From a virus (taxonomy: Duplodnaviria; Caudoviricetes), in the IMG/VR virus record IMGVR_UViG_3300042988_000536, positions 1 to 43,442 of that record: a stretch of 43,442 nt of DNA. One strand, given 5' to 3'. Numbering within the stretch: position 1 is the stretch's first letter; each line of letters starts with the position of its first letter. Shown here in pieces: positions 8,091 to 17,118 of the stretch. A program made the translations under genes and the position numbers. Under the pieces are notes generated by a model. The model made no database searches. It was not told the DNA's origin and worked only from the letters and a program-made list of their open reading frames with translations.

Positions 8091-9723
8091 GATCGACCTC
8101 CCCATCGCGGTTGACCCTGACGTCCTGCTGAGGGTCATCGAGAAGAGGAAGTGCGAGCTCTCTCTGGCCGAGTTCGTGCGCCATGCGTGGCGCGTCATCG
8201 AGCCCGGCCAGCCCTACGTCCATGGCTGGCACATCGACTTCATCTGCGCGCACCTTGAAGCGATCACCGACGAGGTGGTGCTCGAAAACGACGAGCTCTA
8301 CAACCGCCTGCTGGTCAACGTGCCGCCCGGCACGATGAAGTCGCTCCTGATCGGGGTGTTCTGGCCCGCATGGGAGTGGGGGCCGCGCAACATGCCCCAT
8401 ATGCGCTATGTCTGCGCCGCCCACAGCCAAGACCTCGCGATCCGCGACGGCCTGCGCATGCGCCGCCTCGTCACCTCGGACTGGTATCAGGCGCACTGGG
8501 GCGACCGGGTGAAGCTCACCGGGGACCAGAACCAGAAGACCAAGTTCGAGAACACGGCGACCGGCTTCAGGCAGGCCACGGCCGCCGGGTCGATCACCGG
8601 CGCGCGGGGCGACCGCGTGATCATCGACGACCCCCACAGCGTCGACGGCGCGAACAGCGATCAGCAGCGCCAGTCGACGCTGACGTGGTTCCTTGAAGCC
8701 GTCCCGACCCGCGTCAACAACCCGGATCGATCCGCCATCGTGGTGGTGATGCAGCGCCTGCACGAGGAGGACGTCTCCGGCGTCATCCTGTCGCGCGGTC
8801 TGGGCTACGACCACATCATGCTGCCCATGCGGTATGATCCGACGCGCGCCTACGCCACCAAGCTGGGGTACGCCGACCCGCGCGAGGAGGAAGGCGAGCT
8901 CCTGTTCCCCGACCGCTTCCCACTGTCCGTCGTCGAGCGGGACGAGAAGGCTATGGGGCCATATGCGACCGCCGGGCAGTTCCAGCAGCAGCCGGAGCCT
9001 CGCGGGGGCGGGATCATCAAGGATTACTGGTGGCAACTCTGGGACAGGCGCGAGTACCCGCCGCTTGAGTTCATCGTCGCCAGCCTCGATACCGCTTACA
9101 CGCAGAAGGCGGAAAACGACTTCAGTGCCATGACGGTCTGGGGCATCTTCTCCGGATCGAGCGACGGCGAGGCGACCCGCAGCGTCGACCGGTACGGGCG
9201 CACGATAGAGTTCAGGACCAGCTACCAGTCAGAAAGCCTCGGCCCGGTGCCGAAGGTCATGCTGATGTACGCATGGCAGGCCAAGATGGAGCTCCACGAG
9301 CTCGCCGAGAAGGTCGCGTCCACCTGCAGCCGCATGCGGGTCGACCGCCTGCTGATCGAGAACAAGGCAGCGGGTCACAGCGTGGCGCAGGAGATCAGGC
9401 GTCTTTTCGGGGGCTCGGACTTTGCCGTCCAGATGTACGACCCGAAGACGCTGGACAAGACCGCGCGCCTCTACTCCGTGCAACACATCTTCGCCGAAGG
9501 CATGGTGCATGCGCCGGACAAGGACTGGGCCGAGCAGGTGATCCGCCAGTGCTCCGTCTTCCCGAAGGGAAAGAACGATGATCTTGTGGATACAGTGTCA
9601 ATGTCCTTGAACCACCTTCGTCAATGTGGCATGCTCACTCGTGCGTCGGAGCGTCTTCTGGAGCTCGAACAGGCCCAGCGCTTTGAGGGAAATGGCGGCG
9701 ATGTGCCGCTGTACAACGCATGA
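8083..9723 (+). CDS. terL: Terminase large subunit
   Basis: Variant Walker A NVPPGTMKS, Walker B IIDDPH, MQRLHEED, nuclease SLDTAY...NDDLVD. Confidence 0.95.
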   Translation: MGKIDLPIAVDPDVLLRVIEKRKCELSLAEFVRHAWRVIEPGQPYVHGWHIDFICAHLEAITDEVVLENDELYNRLLVNVPPGTMKSLLIGVFWPAWEWGPRNMPHMRYVCAAHSQDLAIRDGLRMRRLVTSDWYQAHWGDRVKLTGDQNQKTKFENTATGFRQATAAGSITGARGDRVIIDDPHSVDGANSDQQRQSTLTWFLEAVPTRVNNPDRSAIVVVMQRLHEEDVSGVILSRGLGYDHIMLPMRYDPTRAYATKLGYADPREEEGELLFPDRFPLSVVERDEKAMGPYATAGQFQQQPEPRGGGIIKDYWWQLWDRREYPPLEFIVASLDTAYTQKAENDFSAMTVWGIFSGSSDGEATRSVDRYGRTIEFRTSYQSESLGPVPKVMLMYAWQAKMELHELAEKVASTCSRMRVDRLLIENKAAGHSVAQEIRRLFGGSDFAVQMYDPKTLDKTARLYSVQHIFAEGMVHAPDKDWAEQVIRQCSVFPKGKNDDLVDTVSMSLNHLRQCGMLTRASERLLELEQAQRFEGNGGDVPLYNA

Positions 9724-9730
9724 GGGAACG

Positions 9731-9916
9731 ATGAAGAGGGTGCTTTGCGATGCGGTCGTCGACCGGCTGGACATCGGTGGCTTTCAGGTCACCGTCGAAG
9801 GCCGTGGCGATCACGCCGGGACGGTCAGGGTCTACACGATCAAGACCATCACGGAGGACGCCGCCGCGCGCGATGGCATTCGTCGTTTCGTCGATGAAAT
9901 GGAGGGTGAACTATGA
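9731..9916 (+). CDS. Hypothetical protein
   Basis: GAGGG RBS. Confidence 0.65.
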   Translation: MKRVLCDAVVDRLDIGGFQVTVEGRGDHAGTVRVYTIKTITEDAAARDGIRRFVDEMEGEL

Positions 9917-10209
9917 CCAAAGACGTCTGGATGCTTGAGGTGGTCTTGAACGGACTGAAAATCGGCAGCGCTCAGCGGCTTGTCTTCACGTCGCAGCGCC
10001 GCATGAATGCCGCGTATCGCAAGGTCGTGAAGGCCATGGCCGACTACGAGGCGCGCGCGAACGACCGTCCCGATCTGATCGAGATCAAGTCCGATGACGA
10101 CGGCGTGCTGACCTGCAAGCCGCGCGACATCATATCCTGCCGGAGCGTGAACGTGGCCAAGTTCGAGGCCATGAACGAAACGTCCCCCAAGGCGGAGGCG
10201 GCAAAATGA
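9913..10209 (+). CDS. Hypothetical protein
   Basis: GGAGG RBS; coupling. Confidence 0.65.
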   Translation: MTKDVWMLEVVLNGLKIGSAQRLVFTSQRRMNAAYRKVVKAMADYEARANDRPDLIEIKSDDDGVLTCKPRDIISCRSVNVAKFEAMNETSPKAEAAK

Positions 10210-10535
10210 CCACCTTCATCATTGGATCGAGCAAGCTGGCATTCACCGCCGGTATCTGCGCATGCGATGAGGCCGGGGAGGGCATGCCGTTCATGGCCTT
10301 CGCGCCGACGGACGTCGTCGAGCGTGAGCTCAAGCCGTCCGAGAGCGTCATGAGCCTCAAGGGCGAAGAGGATGTCATGAAGCTGCGCGACATCTTCGAC
10401 AAGCACGGCACCGTGATCTTCTTCGACAACTACCTGTCGTTCGACAACATGATGACCATGCTGGCATCATGCGTCGAAAGGGCCGCCATGAGCGAGTGGA
10501 TCAATCGCATGCCGAAGAGGGAGGCCGTCCAGTGA
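10206..10535 (+). CDS. Hypothetical protein
   Basis: GGAGG RBS; coupling. Confidence 0.65.
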   Translation: MTTFIIGSSKLAFTAGICACDEAGEGMPFMAFAPTDVVERELKPSESVMSLKGEEDVMKLRDIFDKHGTVIFFDNYLSFDNMMTMLASCVERAAMSEWINRMPKREAVQ

Positions 10536-11029
10536 TCGTCAACGGGGAGTTGCTTCTAGCAAAGGCACCAATCGTTGGCATGCTGCGCGAGAAGGTGCGG
10601 CACAATGGCGTCAGTCACGGCCTGACTGAGGCCGGTTACGACATCCGGATCAAGCAGGCCGTCGACTTTCGTGTCAGCCAAGACCCGATGATCGGGAGCA
10701 GGGTGACCGTCGACGGAAGTCACGTCGGCCAGCGGTTTTGCATCGCGTCGACCGTCGAAGAGTTCATCATGCCGCACGATCTGGTCGGCGTGGTGCATGA
10801 CAAGTCGACGTGGGCGCGGCGCGGCCTGTCGGTGTTCAACACCGTGATCGAGCCCGGCTGGAGAGGGTTCCTGACCCTCGAACTGGTCTACCATGGCCAT
10901 CGGCCCCTTTACATCCCTGCGGGAACCGGGATCGCGCAGGTGCTTTTCCACCGGACGGAGCTTTATGCTTCGTACGATGGGAAGTACCAGTACCAGCCCG
11001 ACATGCCGGTGGAGGCGAAAGATGGCTGA
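10532..11029 (+). CDS. dcd: dCTP deaminase (trimeric dUTPase superfamily)
   Basis: AGYDIR, KSTWARRG, VIEPGWRGFLTLEL, IAQVLF, YDGKYQ; GTG start coupled to upstream stop. Confidence 0.88.
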   Translation: MIVNGELLLAKAPIVGMLREKVRHNGVSHGLTEAGYDIRIKQAVDFRVSQDPMIGSRVTVDGSHVGQRFCIASTVEEFIMPHDLVGVVHDKSTWARRGLSVFNTVIEPGWRGFLTLELVYHGHRPLYIPAGTGIAQVLFHRTELYASYDGKYQYQPDMPVEAKDG

Positions 11030-11213
11030 CAAGCCCGAAGGGCCGATCTGGATCGACATGGCGCAGGATATGTTCGACAACCTGACCATGCGGGAGCTTC
11101 TGCACGTCGCCAACCTTGCGCTGAACCGCCTGACCTTTCGCGACATCGGTGAAATCTTTGGCGAGATCGGCAAGACGCCGCGCCTTGAAATGAAGGAGAA
11201 AGACGATGGTTGA
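11022..11213 (+). CDS. Hypothetical protein
   Basis: GGAGG RBS. Confidence 0.6.
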   Translation: MADKPEGPIWIDMAQDMFDNLTMRELLHVANLALNRLTFRDIGEIFGEIGKTPRLEMKEKDDG

Positions 11214-11262
11214 GGTGATCTCCGCGATCCTGATCATCTGCGTGATATGGTGGCTGAATTGA
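11206..11262 (+). CDS. 18-aa hydrophobic peptide (MVEVISAILIICVIWWLN)
   Basis: AAGGAG RBS; stop overlaps TTG of next ORF. Confidence 0.4.
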   Translation: MVEVISAILIICVIWWLN

Positions 11263-11579
11263 GCATTTTTGGCTATCAGGAGGAGAGCGCGGTTGTTGAC
11301 CACTATGCGCAACTGCGCCGCGTTCTCGAACAGGCGCTGGATCAGGCGAGAAGCGGCAAGGGCGCGGAGAGGCACGCGCGCGGGCAACCGTTCGAGCGTC
11401 AACCGATGATGGAGATCAGCCGGATGATCGGTGGCCCGGCTGGTTGCCTGTACCAAGTCATGAAGAAGACGCAGGAGGCCAGCCGCATGGATACCGATGC
11501 GGCAAAGCGCGAAATCTTGGGGGCCATCAACTACCTCGCTGGGGCTTACCTGCTGCTGGAAGAGCGGGAGCAGAACTGA
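11259..11579 (+). CDS. All-helical phage protein (possibly MazG-like NTP pyrophosphohydrolase fold)
   Basis: GKGAERHA...KKTQEA...REILGAINY; start uncertain. Confidence 0.6.
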   Translation: MSIFGYQEESAVVDHYAQLRRVLEQALDQARSGKGAERHARGQPFERQPMMEISRMIGGPAGCLYQVMKKTQEASRMDTDAAKREILGAINYLAGAYLLLEEREQN

Positions 11580-11617
11580 TAGGATCGCTCCCAGCTTGAC
11601 CCACAAGGGAATGACCG

Positions 11618-13948
11618 ATGCCCCTCGTACCCGGCCTGAACCCCGCCGTCCGACTTGAGGATGATCCTGAAAACGCCGCCATCAGCCCGCTGGACGTGAC
11701 GGTCGAAGACGCCGGTGATGAGCCTGACATCCCTGAGTTCGATCAGGACGGCGCGGTGCTCCGCATCGACCATGGGGATGGGTCCATCACCGTCAGCCTA
11801 GACGGAAAGCCGATCTCGGAAGCCGAAGAGGAGGGCGATAAGGGCTGGTTCGCCAACCTCGTCGACGAGATCGATGACGATGAGCTTGGCCGGATCGCGG
11901 ATGATCTCCTCCGTGGCGTCGACGATGACCTGATGTCGCGCAAGGAGTGGATCGAGGACCGTGCGCAGGGCGTGAAACTTCTGGGCCTGAAGATCGAAGC
12001 CCCCGGCCTGACCGGATCGGCCGACGGCGCGCCCGTGGAGGGGATGTCCAAGGTTCGCCACCCTCTGCTTCAGGAGGCGGTCCTGCGCTTCCAAGCGAAC
12101 GCCCGGTCGGAAATGCTGCCGACAGACGGGCCGGTCAAGATCAGGGACGACGGCTTCGGCGCGACGTTCGACAAGGATCAGCTTGCGGATGGGTTCGAGA
12201 AGGACTTCAACCACTATCTGACCTCGACCGCGACGGAGTACTACCCCGACACTGACCGCATGTTCCTGATGCTCGGTTTCGGTGGATCGGCCTTCAAGAA
12301 GGTCTACTTCTGCCCCCTGCGGAACCGGCCGGTGTCCGAGAGCGTCGATGCCGAAGACCTGATCGTCAACAACTCCGCGACCGATCTGCGGAACGCCAAG
12401 CGCGTCACGCATCGTGTCTACATGAAGCCGTCGACCGTGAAGCGCCTGCAAATCCTCGGCGTCTATCGCGACGTCGAACTGGCAACTCCGCACGCTCCGT
12501 CACCGGACAGCGTGCAGGAGGCCAAGGCCGCCCAGCAGGGCGTTTCGACCCAGTCCATGAACCCCGATGATCGGGATCGCGAGCTCTACGAGGTCTACTG
12601 CGAACTGGACGTGAAGGGGTTCGAGCACAAGCACAAGGGCAAGCCGTCCGGCCTCGAAATCCCCTACCGGGTCACCATCGACGTCTCGTCCCGCGAAATC
12701 TTGAGCATCGTACGGAACTACGACGAGGAGACGAAGGAGCTTCCGGAGGCGCGCACGACCTTCGTCAAGTACACCTTCGTGCCGGGCTTCGGCTTCTACG
12801 ACATCGGCCTGCTGCACATCCTCGGCAACACCACGAACGCCGTCACGGCCGCGTGGCGGGAGCTTCTGGACGCGGGGATGTACGCCAACTTCCCCGGCTT
12901 CCTGATCAGCGACAGCGGGTCGCGGCAGAACACCAACGTGTTCCGCATCCCGCCCGGCGGCGCGTCTCAGGTGAAGACCGGAGGCTTGCCGATCAATCAG
13001 GCGGTCATGCCGCTTCCCTACAAGGAGCCGTCGCAGGCTCTCATGGCGCTGACCGAGAACATCGCGGCCACGGGCATGCGCGTGGGCGGTACGTCCGAGC
13101 TTCAGGTGGGCGAGGGCAGGCCCGACGCGCCGGTCGGCACCACACTGGCCATGATCGAGCAGGCCACGAAAATCCTGAACAGCGTCCACAAGCGGATGCA
13201 CGCGGCGCAGGCCGAGGAGTTCCGGCTGCTGCGCGAGTGCTTCAAGGAGCACCCGGAGAGCTTCTGGGAGCGGAACCGTCGCCCGACGGTGCAGTGGAAC
13301 CCCGATCTGCTGATGCGCGCGCTGGAGGATGTCGAGCTCGTCCCGCAGGCCGACCCGAACACGTCCAGCCACGCGCAGCGCGTGATGAAGATCATGGCCC
13401 TGAAACAGCTGCAGGCTGCAAACCCCGGACTGTACGATGAGGTCGCCATCGACACGGCGGCGCTGCGCGCCATCGGCTGGTCCAACCCGGAGCAGTTCTT
13501 CAAGCCGGAGGCCGCGCGCAACCAGCCGCCGCCGGAGATGCTGAAGGGCATCGAGGAGATCAAGATCGCCCATCAGGAGGCTGATGCGAAGACCATGACG
13601 GCGCAGGCCGCCATGCTCAAGGCGCAGCAGCCGAACGCCCCGGCCGCCGGGCCGCAGGGTCCGCAAGGTCCGCACCCCGTCGAACTGCAGGCCAAGCTGC
13701 TGTCCGAGCAGAACAAGGCCAAGCAGCTGGACATGTCCTTCCAGCGGGACCAGATGAACGACCAGAACCGCGATCTGGACCGGGAGAAAGACCTCCGACT
13801 GGAGCAGATGCGGATGGATCGGGACCAGATGAACGACGCGGTCAGGATGCAGCATGAGATGGACATGCAGGATCGTGACCATCATTCTGACATCGTGAAG
13901 CTGGCCATGCAGGTTCAGGCTCAGAAGAAGCGTGAAGGGGCGAAGTGA
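11618..13948 (+). CDS. Portal protein (P22-like, long C-terminal coiled coil)
   Basis: 776 aa downstream of terL; HPLLQEAVLRFQA, GSAFKKVYF, PGFGFYDIGL, TTLAMIEQ; Q/M-rich barrel-like tail. Confidence 0.9.
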   Translation: MPLVPGLNPAVRLEDDPENAAISPLDVTVEDAGDEPDIPEFDQDGAVLRIDHGDGSITVSLDGKPISEAEEEGDKGWFANLVDEIDDDELGRIADDLLRGVDDDLMSRKEWIEDRAQGVKLLGLKIEAPGLTGSADGAPVEGMSKVRHPLLQEAVLRFQANARSEMLPTDGPVKIRDDGFGATFDKDQLADGFEKDFNHYLTSTATEYYPDTDRMFLMLGFGGSAFKKVYFCPLRNRPVSESVDAEDLIVNNSATDLRNAKRVTHRVYMKPSTVKRLQILGVYRDVELATPHAPSPDSVQEAKAAQQGVSTQSMNPDDRDRELYEVYCELDVKGFEHKHKGKPSGLEIPYRVTIDVSSREILSIVRNYDEETKELPEARTTFVKYTFVPGFGFYDIGLLHILGNTTNAVTAAWRELLDAGMYANFPGFLISDSGSRQNTNVFRIPPGGASQVKTGGLPINQAVMPLPYKEPSQALMALTENIAATGMRVGGTSELQVGEGRPDAPVGTTLAMIEQATKILNSVHKRMHAAQAEEFRLLRECFKEHPESFWERNRRPTVQWNPDLLMRALEDVELVPQADPNTSSHAQRVMKIMALKQLQAANPGLYDEVAIDTAALRAIGWSNPEQFFKPEAARNQPPPEMLKGIEEIKIAHQEADAKTMTAQAAMLKAQQPNAPAAGPQGPQGPHPVELQAKLLSEQNKAKQLDMSFQRDQMNDQNRDLDREKDLRLEQMRMDRDQMNDAVRMQHEMDMQDRDHHSDIVKLAMQVQAQKKREGAK

Positions 13949-16900
13949 TGGACGAAAAAGCGATCCGGGCCGCGAAGCTCACGCTGGGCGGAATGCTCGA
14001 AAAGCGGCGAGCCTCTGAGGCCAAGGATCGCGCGGGCGGCCAGATCGCCCCGTCCAAGTACCTGCCCAACGTCCCCCGTCAGGCGCATGCCTACGGCGGC
14101 TACGTCCCGCAGGCTGGCCTGCCGACCCCACGACTGGCGGTGGCTCAGCCCCTCTCGGCACCGTCCGCTCCCAGCGCCGCCCAGACGCTCGCGGCAATCG
14201 CGTCACTGGGCGAGACCGCCCAAGGTCTCTTCGGCGATAAGGAGGCCAAGCCTGCAGCCGATCCGAGCGCGGGTCACCACGCTGGCGACGGTCACGATCA
14301 CGGATCGCCCAGCGCCGACCGTGGCGGCATGTCCGAGGCGGCGCTCTCCGCGTGGGGGAGGCTGACCGACGCCTATGGCCAGCCCCTGACGGTCACCTCG
14401 GCCTACCGCGATCCCAAGCGGAACGAGCAGGTCGGCGGCGCGAACAACAGCCAGCACATGCACGGCAACGCTTACGACGTCGACGTGTCGCATTTGTCTT
14501 ATGAGGACCGCATCGCCCTCGCCGATCAGGCTTGGGCGGCGGGCTTCCGTGGCATCGGCTTCTACGACAATTCCATGCACTTCGACGTCGCCGACCCGCG
14601 CGCGTGGGGGCCGTCGTACAGCAGTGACAGCATCCCTGACTGGGCCGCCGACTGGACGGCTCAGCGCTATGGGTACGCCGACGGCGGCGAGGTGACCGAT
14701 CTGGGGCAGGTCCGGCAACAGAAACAGCTGGAGGGCTTTCACGGCAGCCTGATGGGTGACATCGAGCAGCGTGTGAGCCACGCCATGGAGGCGCACCAGA
14801 AGGCCGTCGATGCTGGCGTGTTCGATGGGTATGAGCTTGGCGACGTCCTGCAGGGCAGTGCGCACCCCATGCGGATCACCGGCAGGTTCATGCGACTGTG
14901 GAAGCCCACGCCCATGACCCTGCAGGGCTTCGACCGGATGGGTGCCAAGCCCACCATCATCGAGCACGAGGGCAAGCAATACATTCCGATGCTGAGATAC
15001 GAGACCGGCGTCGAAGATCAGGACGGCTTTCAGCGCGGCGATGCGTACCTCGATGGCATCAAGGCCGCTGGCTACCAGAAGATGGGTGGCCTGCGCGCCG
15101 TGAAGGCTGACGGCGGATCGGTGGGGATCGGCGGCATCGAGGCGTACCACGGCAGCCCCCATGACTTCGACCGGTTCGACATCGGCAGGATCGGCACCGG
15201 AGAGGGCGCGGCCGCTTTCGGTCACGGCCTGTACTTCGCTGGCGACGAGAACATCGCGCGGTACTATCGAGACCGGATCAACCTGAACCAGAACAAGTTC
15301 GACATCGTGGATCGCCAGACCGGCAAGCCGATCCCTGAGGACGCGCCCGGATACCCCAAGGTCAAGGACTTCATGAACGCATATGCCTACGACCTGAAGG
15401 CGGGCGACATCGCCCACAAGAAGGGGTGGTGGGCTGCGCAAATTCCGCACACTGAGCGCCAGATGAAGGAGTATCAGGACTACGCCGCCTCGACCGGAAA
15501 TCCTGACATGTTCAAGGACGAGATCGAGCAGATGAGGGCCGACCTTGCCCATTATAAGGCCGCGCCCGCTCTGGTGGACCGCGTCAAGGCGGTCCCGCGT
15601 GGCCACATGTACAAGGTCAATCTGGGCGTCGGTGAGCACGAACTGCTGGACTGGGACAAGAAGCTGGGAGAACAGCACCCAGAGGTTCAGAGGAAGCTGC
15701 GCGACGTCCTGAAGCCGACCGACGATGCAGACTGGGCGAACTGGCTGAACTCCGGTGTCCCGCGCACCTATCGCGTCATGGGCTGGCCTGATGCGGCATC
15801 CAAGGAACTGTACGAGGCTGGCATCAAGGGTATCCGCTACCTCGATGCAAATTCTCGCGGCTCCGGAAGAAACAGCTATAACTACGTCATGTTCCACCAC
15901 GATCCGGTGTCGGTTGTGAAGAAATACGCCTACGGCGGATCGGTCGATGGCGGCGCTGTCCCGCAGAAGACCGTGAAGGCTTACAAGCTGTTCCGCACCA
16001 AGGGTGACGGCAATCTGTACCCGCTGTTCGTCAACGCCGACAAACCTGTCCCCATTGGAGAGTGGCTTGAGGCCGAAGAGGGGCCGCAAGGCAAGGCGCA
16101 GGGCAAGGTCAAGTCCAAGCTCGGCGATCTCGCATACCGCCCCGGCTGGCACGCTGGCGATTTGCCCGTCGCAACCCATATCGGTGGCAAGTCCGACCCC
16201 AGCCTGAAGAAGCCCGACTACCGGCCGGACAACCACGTCTGGGCCGAGGTCGAGATGGCGGCTGACAAGGACTGGCAGTCGGTGGCTGACAGACGTGGCA
16301 AAGGCGCAAAGGCCCACATCACCGACCAAGTGCCGCTGGGTGGGTTCTATCGGTACAAGACCAACCCGAACATGACCGGGAACTGGCTGATTGGGGGCAA
16401 CATGAAGGTCAACCGCGTGCTGTCCGACGATGAGGTCAAAGCCATCAACGACGCCGCCGGCACGGCCGACCTGCCGCGCCTGCCGCGCGGCGCGTTTGCA
16501 GCTGGCGGCGCGGCCATGTTCGAGGGCATCCACGAAGACCTGCAGGACGAACAGGGCAACCCACTGGAACTCTGGCACGGCACGCCGGAGCCGCATGAGT
16601 TCGAGGCGTTCGACGACAAGAAGCTGGGCTCAGCGCGAGATTACGGCTTCTACGGGCGCGGCCACTACCTGACGCCGGACGCCGAAGCCGCATCGGAGTA
16701 CGCTGGCTCCCACTCGGAAGAGGGTACCTTGATGGGTCCGCTGCATGCCGCCCTGAAGAACCCGTACATCTGGGACACGTCCAGCGAAAACGCTGCGCAC
16801 CGCACCCTCAGAGACCTGCAATCCATGGGGGTCATGAAGGGCCAGTCGAAGCTGGAAAGCTGGGACAACCTGCAGCGCCACCATATCGATCCGTTCATGC

Positions 16901-17118
16901 AGGAGATGCGTCGGCGCGGTCACGACGGTGTCGTCGTTCGTACGCAGGACTATGGCGGCGACCGACCGCACCGCGTGTCCGAGGTGGTGGTGTTCAAGCC
17001 CACGGCGATCAAGCACGCCGAGGCGGAGGTCTTCGACCCGACAGACCCGCGCATCCGCCGGTCGACGGGTGGTGCGGCGTACGATGCGGCTATGGCGGCG
17101 ATCCGGAGGAACAAATGA
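13945..17118 (+). CDS. Multi-module virion-cargo/polyvalent protein A: peptidase M15, unknown, ART-like, unknown, ART-like
   Basis: SAYR...SQHMHGNAYDV...MHFD (M15); AYHGSPHDFDRF...GHGLYFA and LWHGTP...GRGHYLT...HDGVV...EVVVF (ART-PolyVal-like); modules separated by xAxGG motifs. Confidence 0.8.
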   Translation: MMDEKAIRAAKLTLGGMLEKRRASEAKDRAGGQIAPSKYLPNVPRQAHAYGGYVPQAGLPTPRLAVAQPLSAPSAPSAAQTLAAIASLGETAQGLFGDKEAKPAADPSAGHHAGDGHDHGSPSADRGGMSEAALSAWGRLTDAYGQPLTVTSAYRDPKRNEQVGGANNSQHMHGNAYDVDVSHLSYEDRIALADQAWAAGFRGIGFYDNSMHFDVADPRAWGPSYSSDSIPDWAADWTAQRYGYADGGEVTDLGQVRQQKQLEGFHGSLMGDIEQRVSHAMEAHQKAVDAGVFDGYELGDVLQGSAHPMRITGRFMRLWKPTPMTLQGFDRMGAKPTIIEHEGKQYIPMLRYETGVEDQDGFQRGDAYLDGIKAAGYQKMGGLRAVKADGGSVGIGGIEAYHGSPHDFDRFDIGRIGTGEGAAAFGHGLYFAGDENIARYYRDRINLNQNKFDIVDRQTGKPIPEDAPGYPKVKDFMNAYAYDLKAGDIAHKKGWWAAQIPHTERQMKEYQDYAASTGNPDMFKDEIEQMRADLAHYKAAPALVDRVKAVPRGHMYKVNLGVGEHELLDWDKKLGEQHPEVQRKLRDVLKPTDDADWANWLNSGVPRTYRVMGWPDAASKELYEAGIKGIRYLDANSRGSGRNSYNYVMFHHDPVSVVKKYAYGGSVDGGAVPQKTVKAYKLFRTKGDGNLYPLFVNADKPVPIGEWLEAEEGPQGKAQGKVKSKLGDLAYRPGWHAGDLPVATHIGGKSDPSLKKPDYRPDNHVWAEVEMAADKDWQSVADRRGKGAKAHITDQVPLGGFYRYKTNPNMTGNWLIGGNMKVNRVLSDDEVKAINDAAGTADLPRLPRGAFAAGGAAMFEGIHEDLQDEQGNPLELWHGTPEPHEFEAFDDKKLGSARDYGFYGRGHYLTPDAEAASEYAGSHSEEGTLMGPLHAALKNPYIWDTSSENAAHRTLRDLQSMGVMKGQSKLESWDNLQRHHIDPFMQEMRRRGHDGVVVRTQDYGGDRPHRVSEVVVFKPTAIKHAEAEVFDPTDPRIRRSTGGAAYDAAMAAIRRNK

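Noticed and set aside
14203-16596. 797-aa antisense ORF, and other long minus-strand ORFs (7795, 12500, 22020, 26852)
   Set aside because: Shadows of high-GC sense genes; no recognisable motifs; the sense frames carry clear domains.
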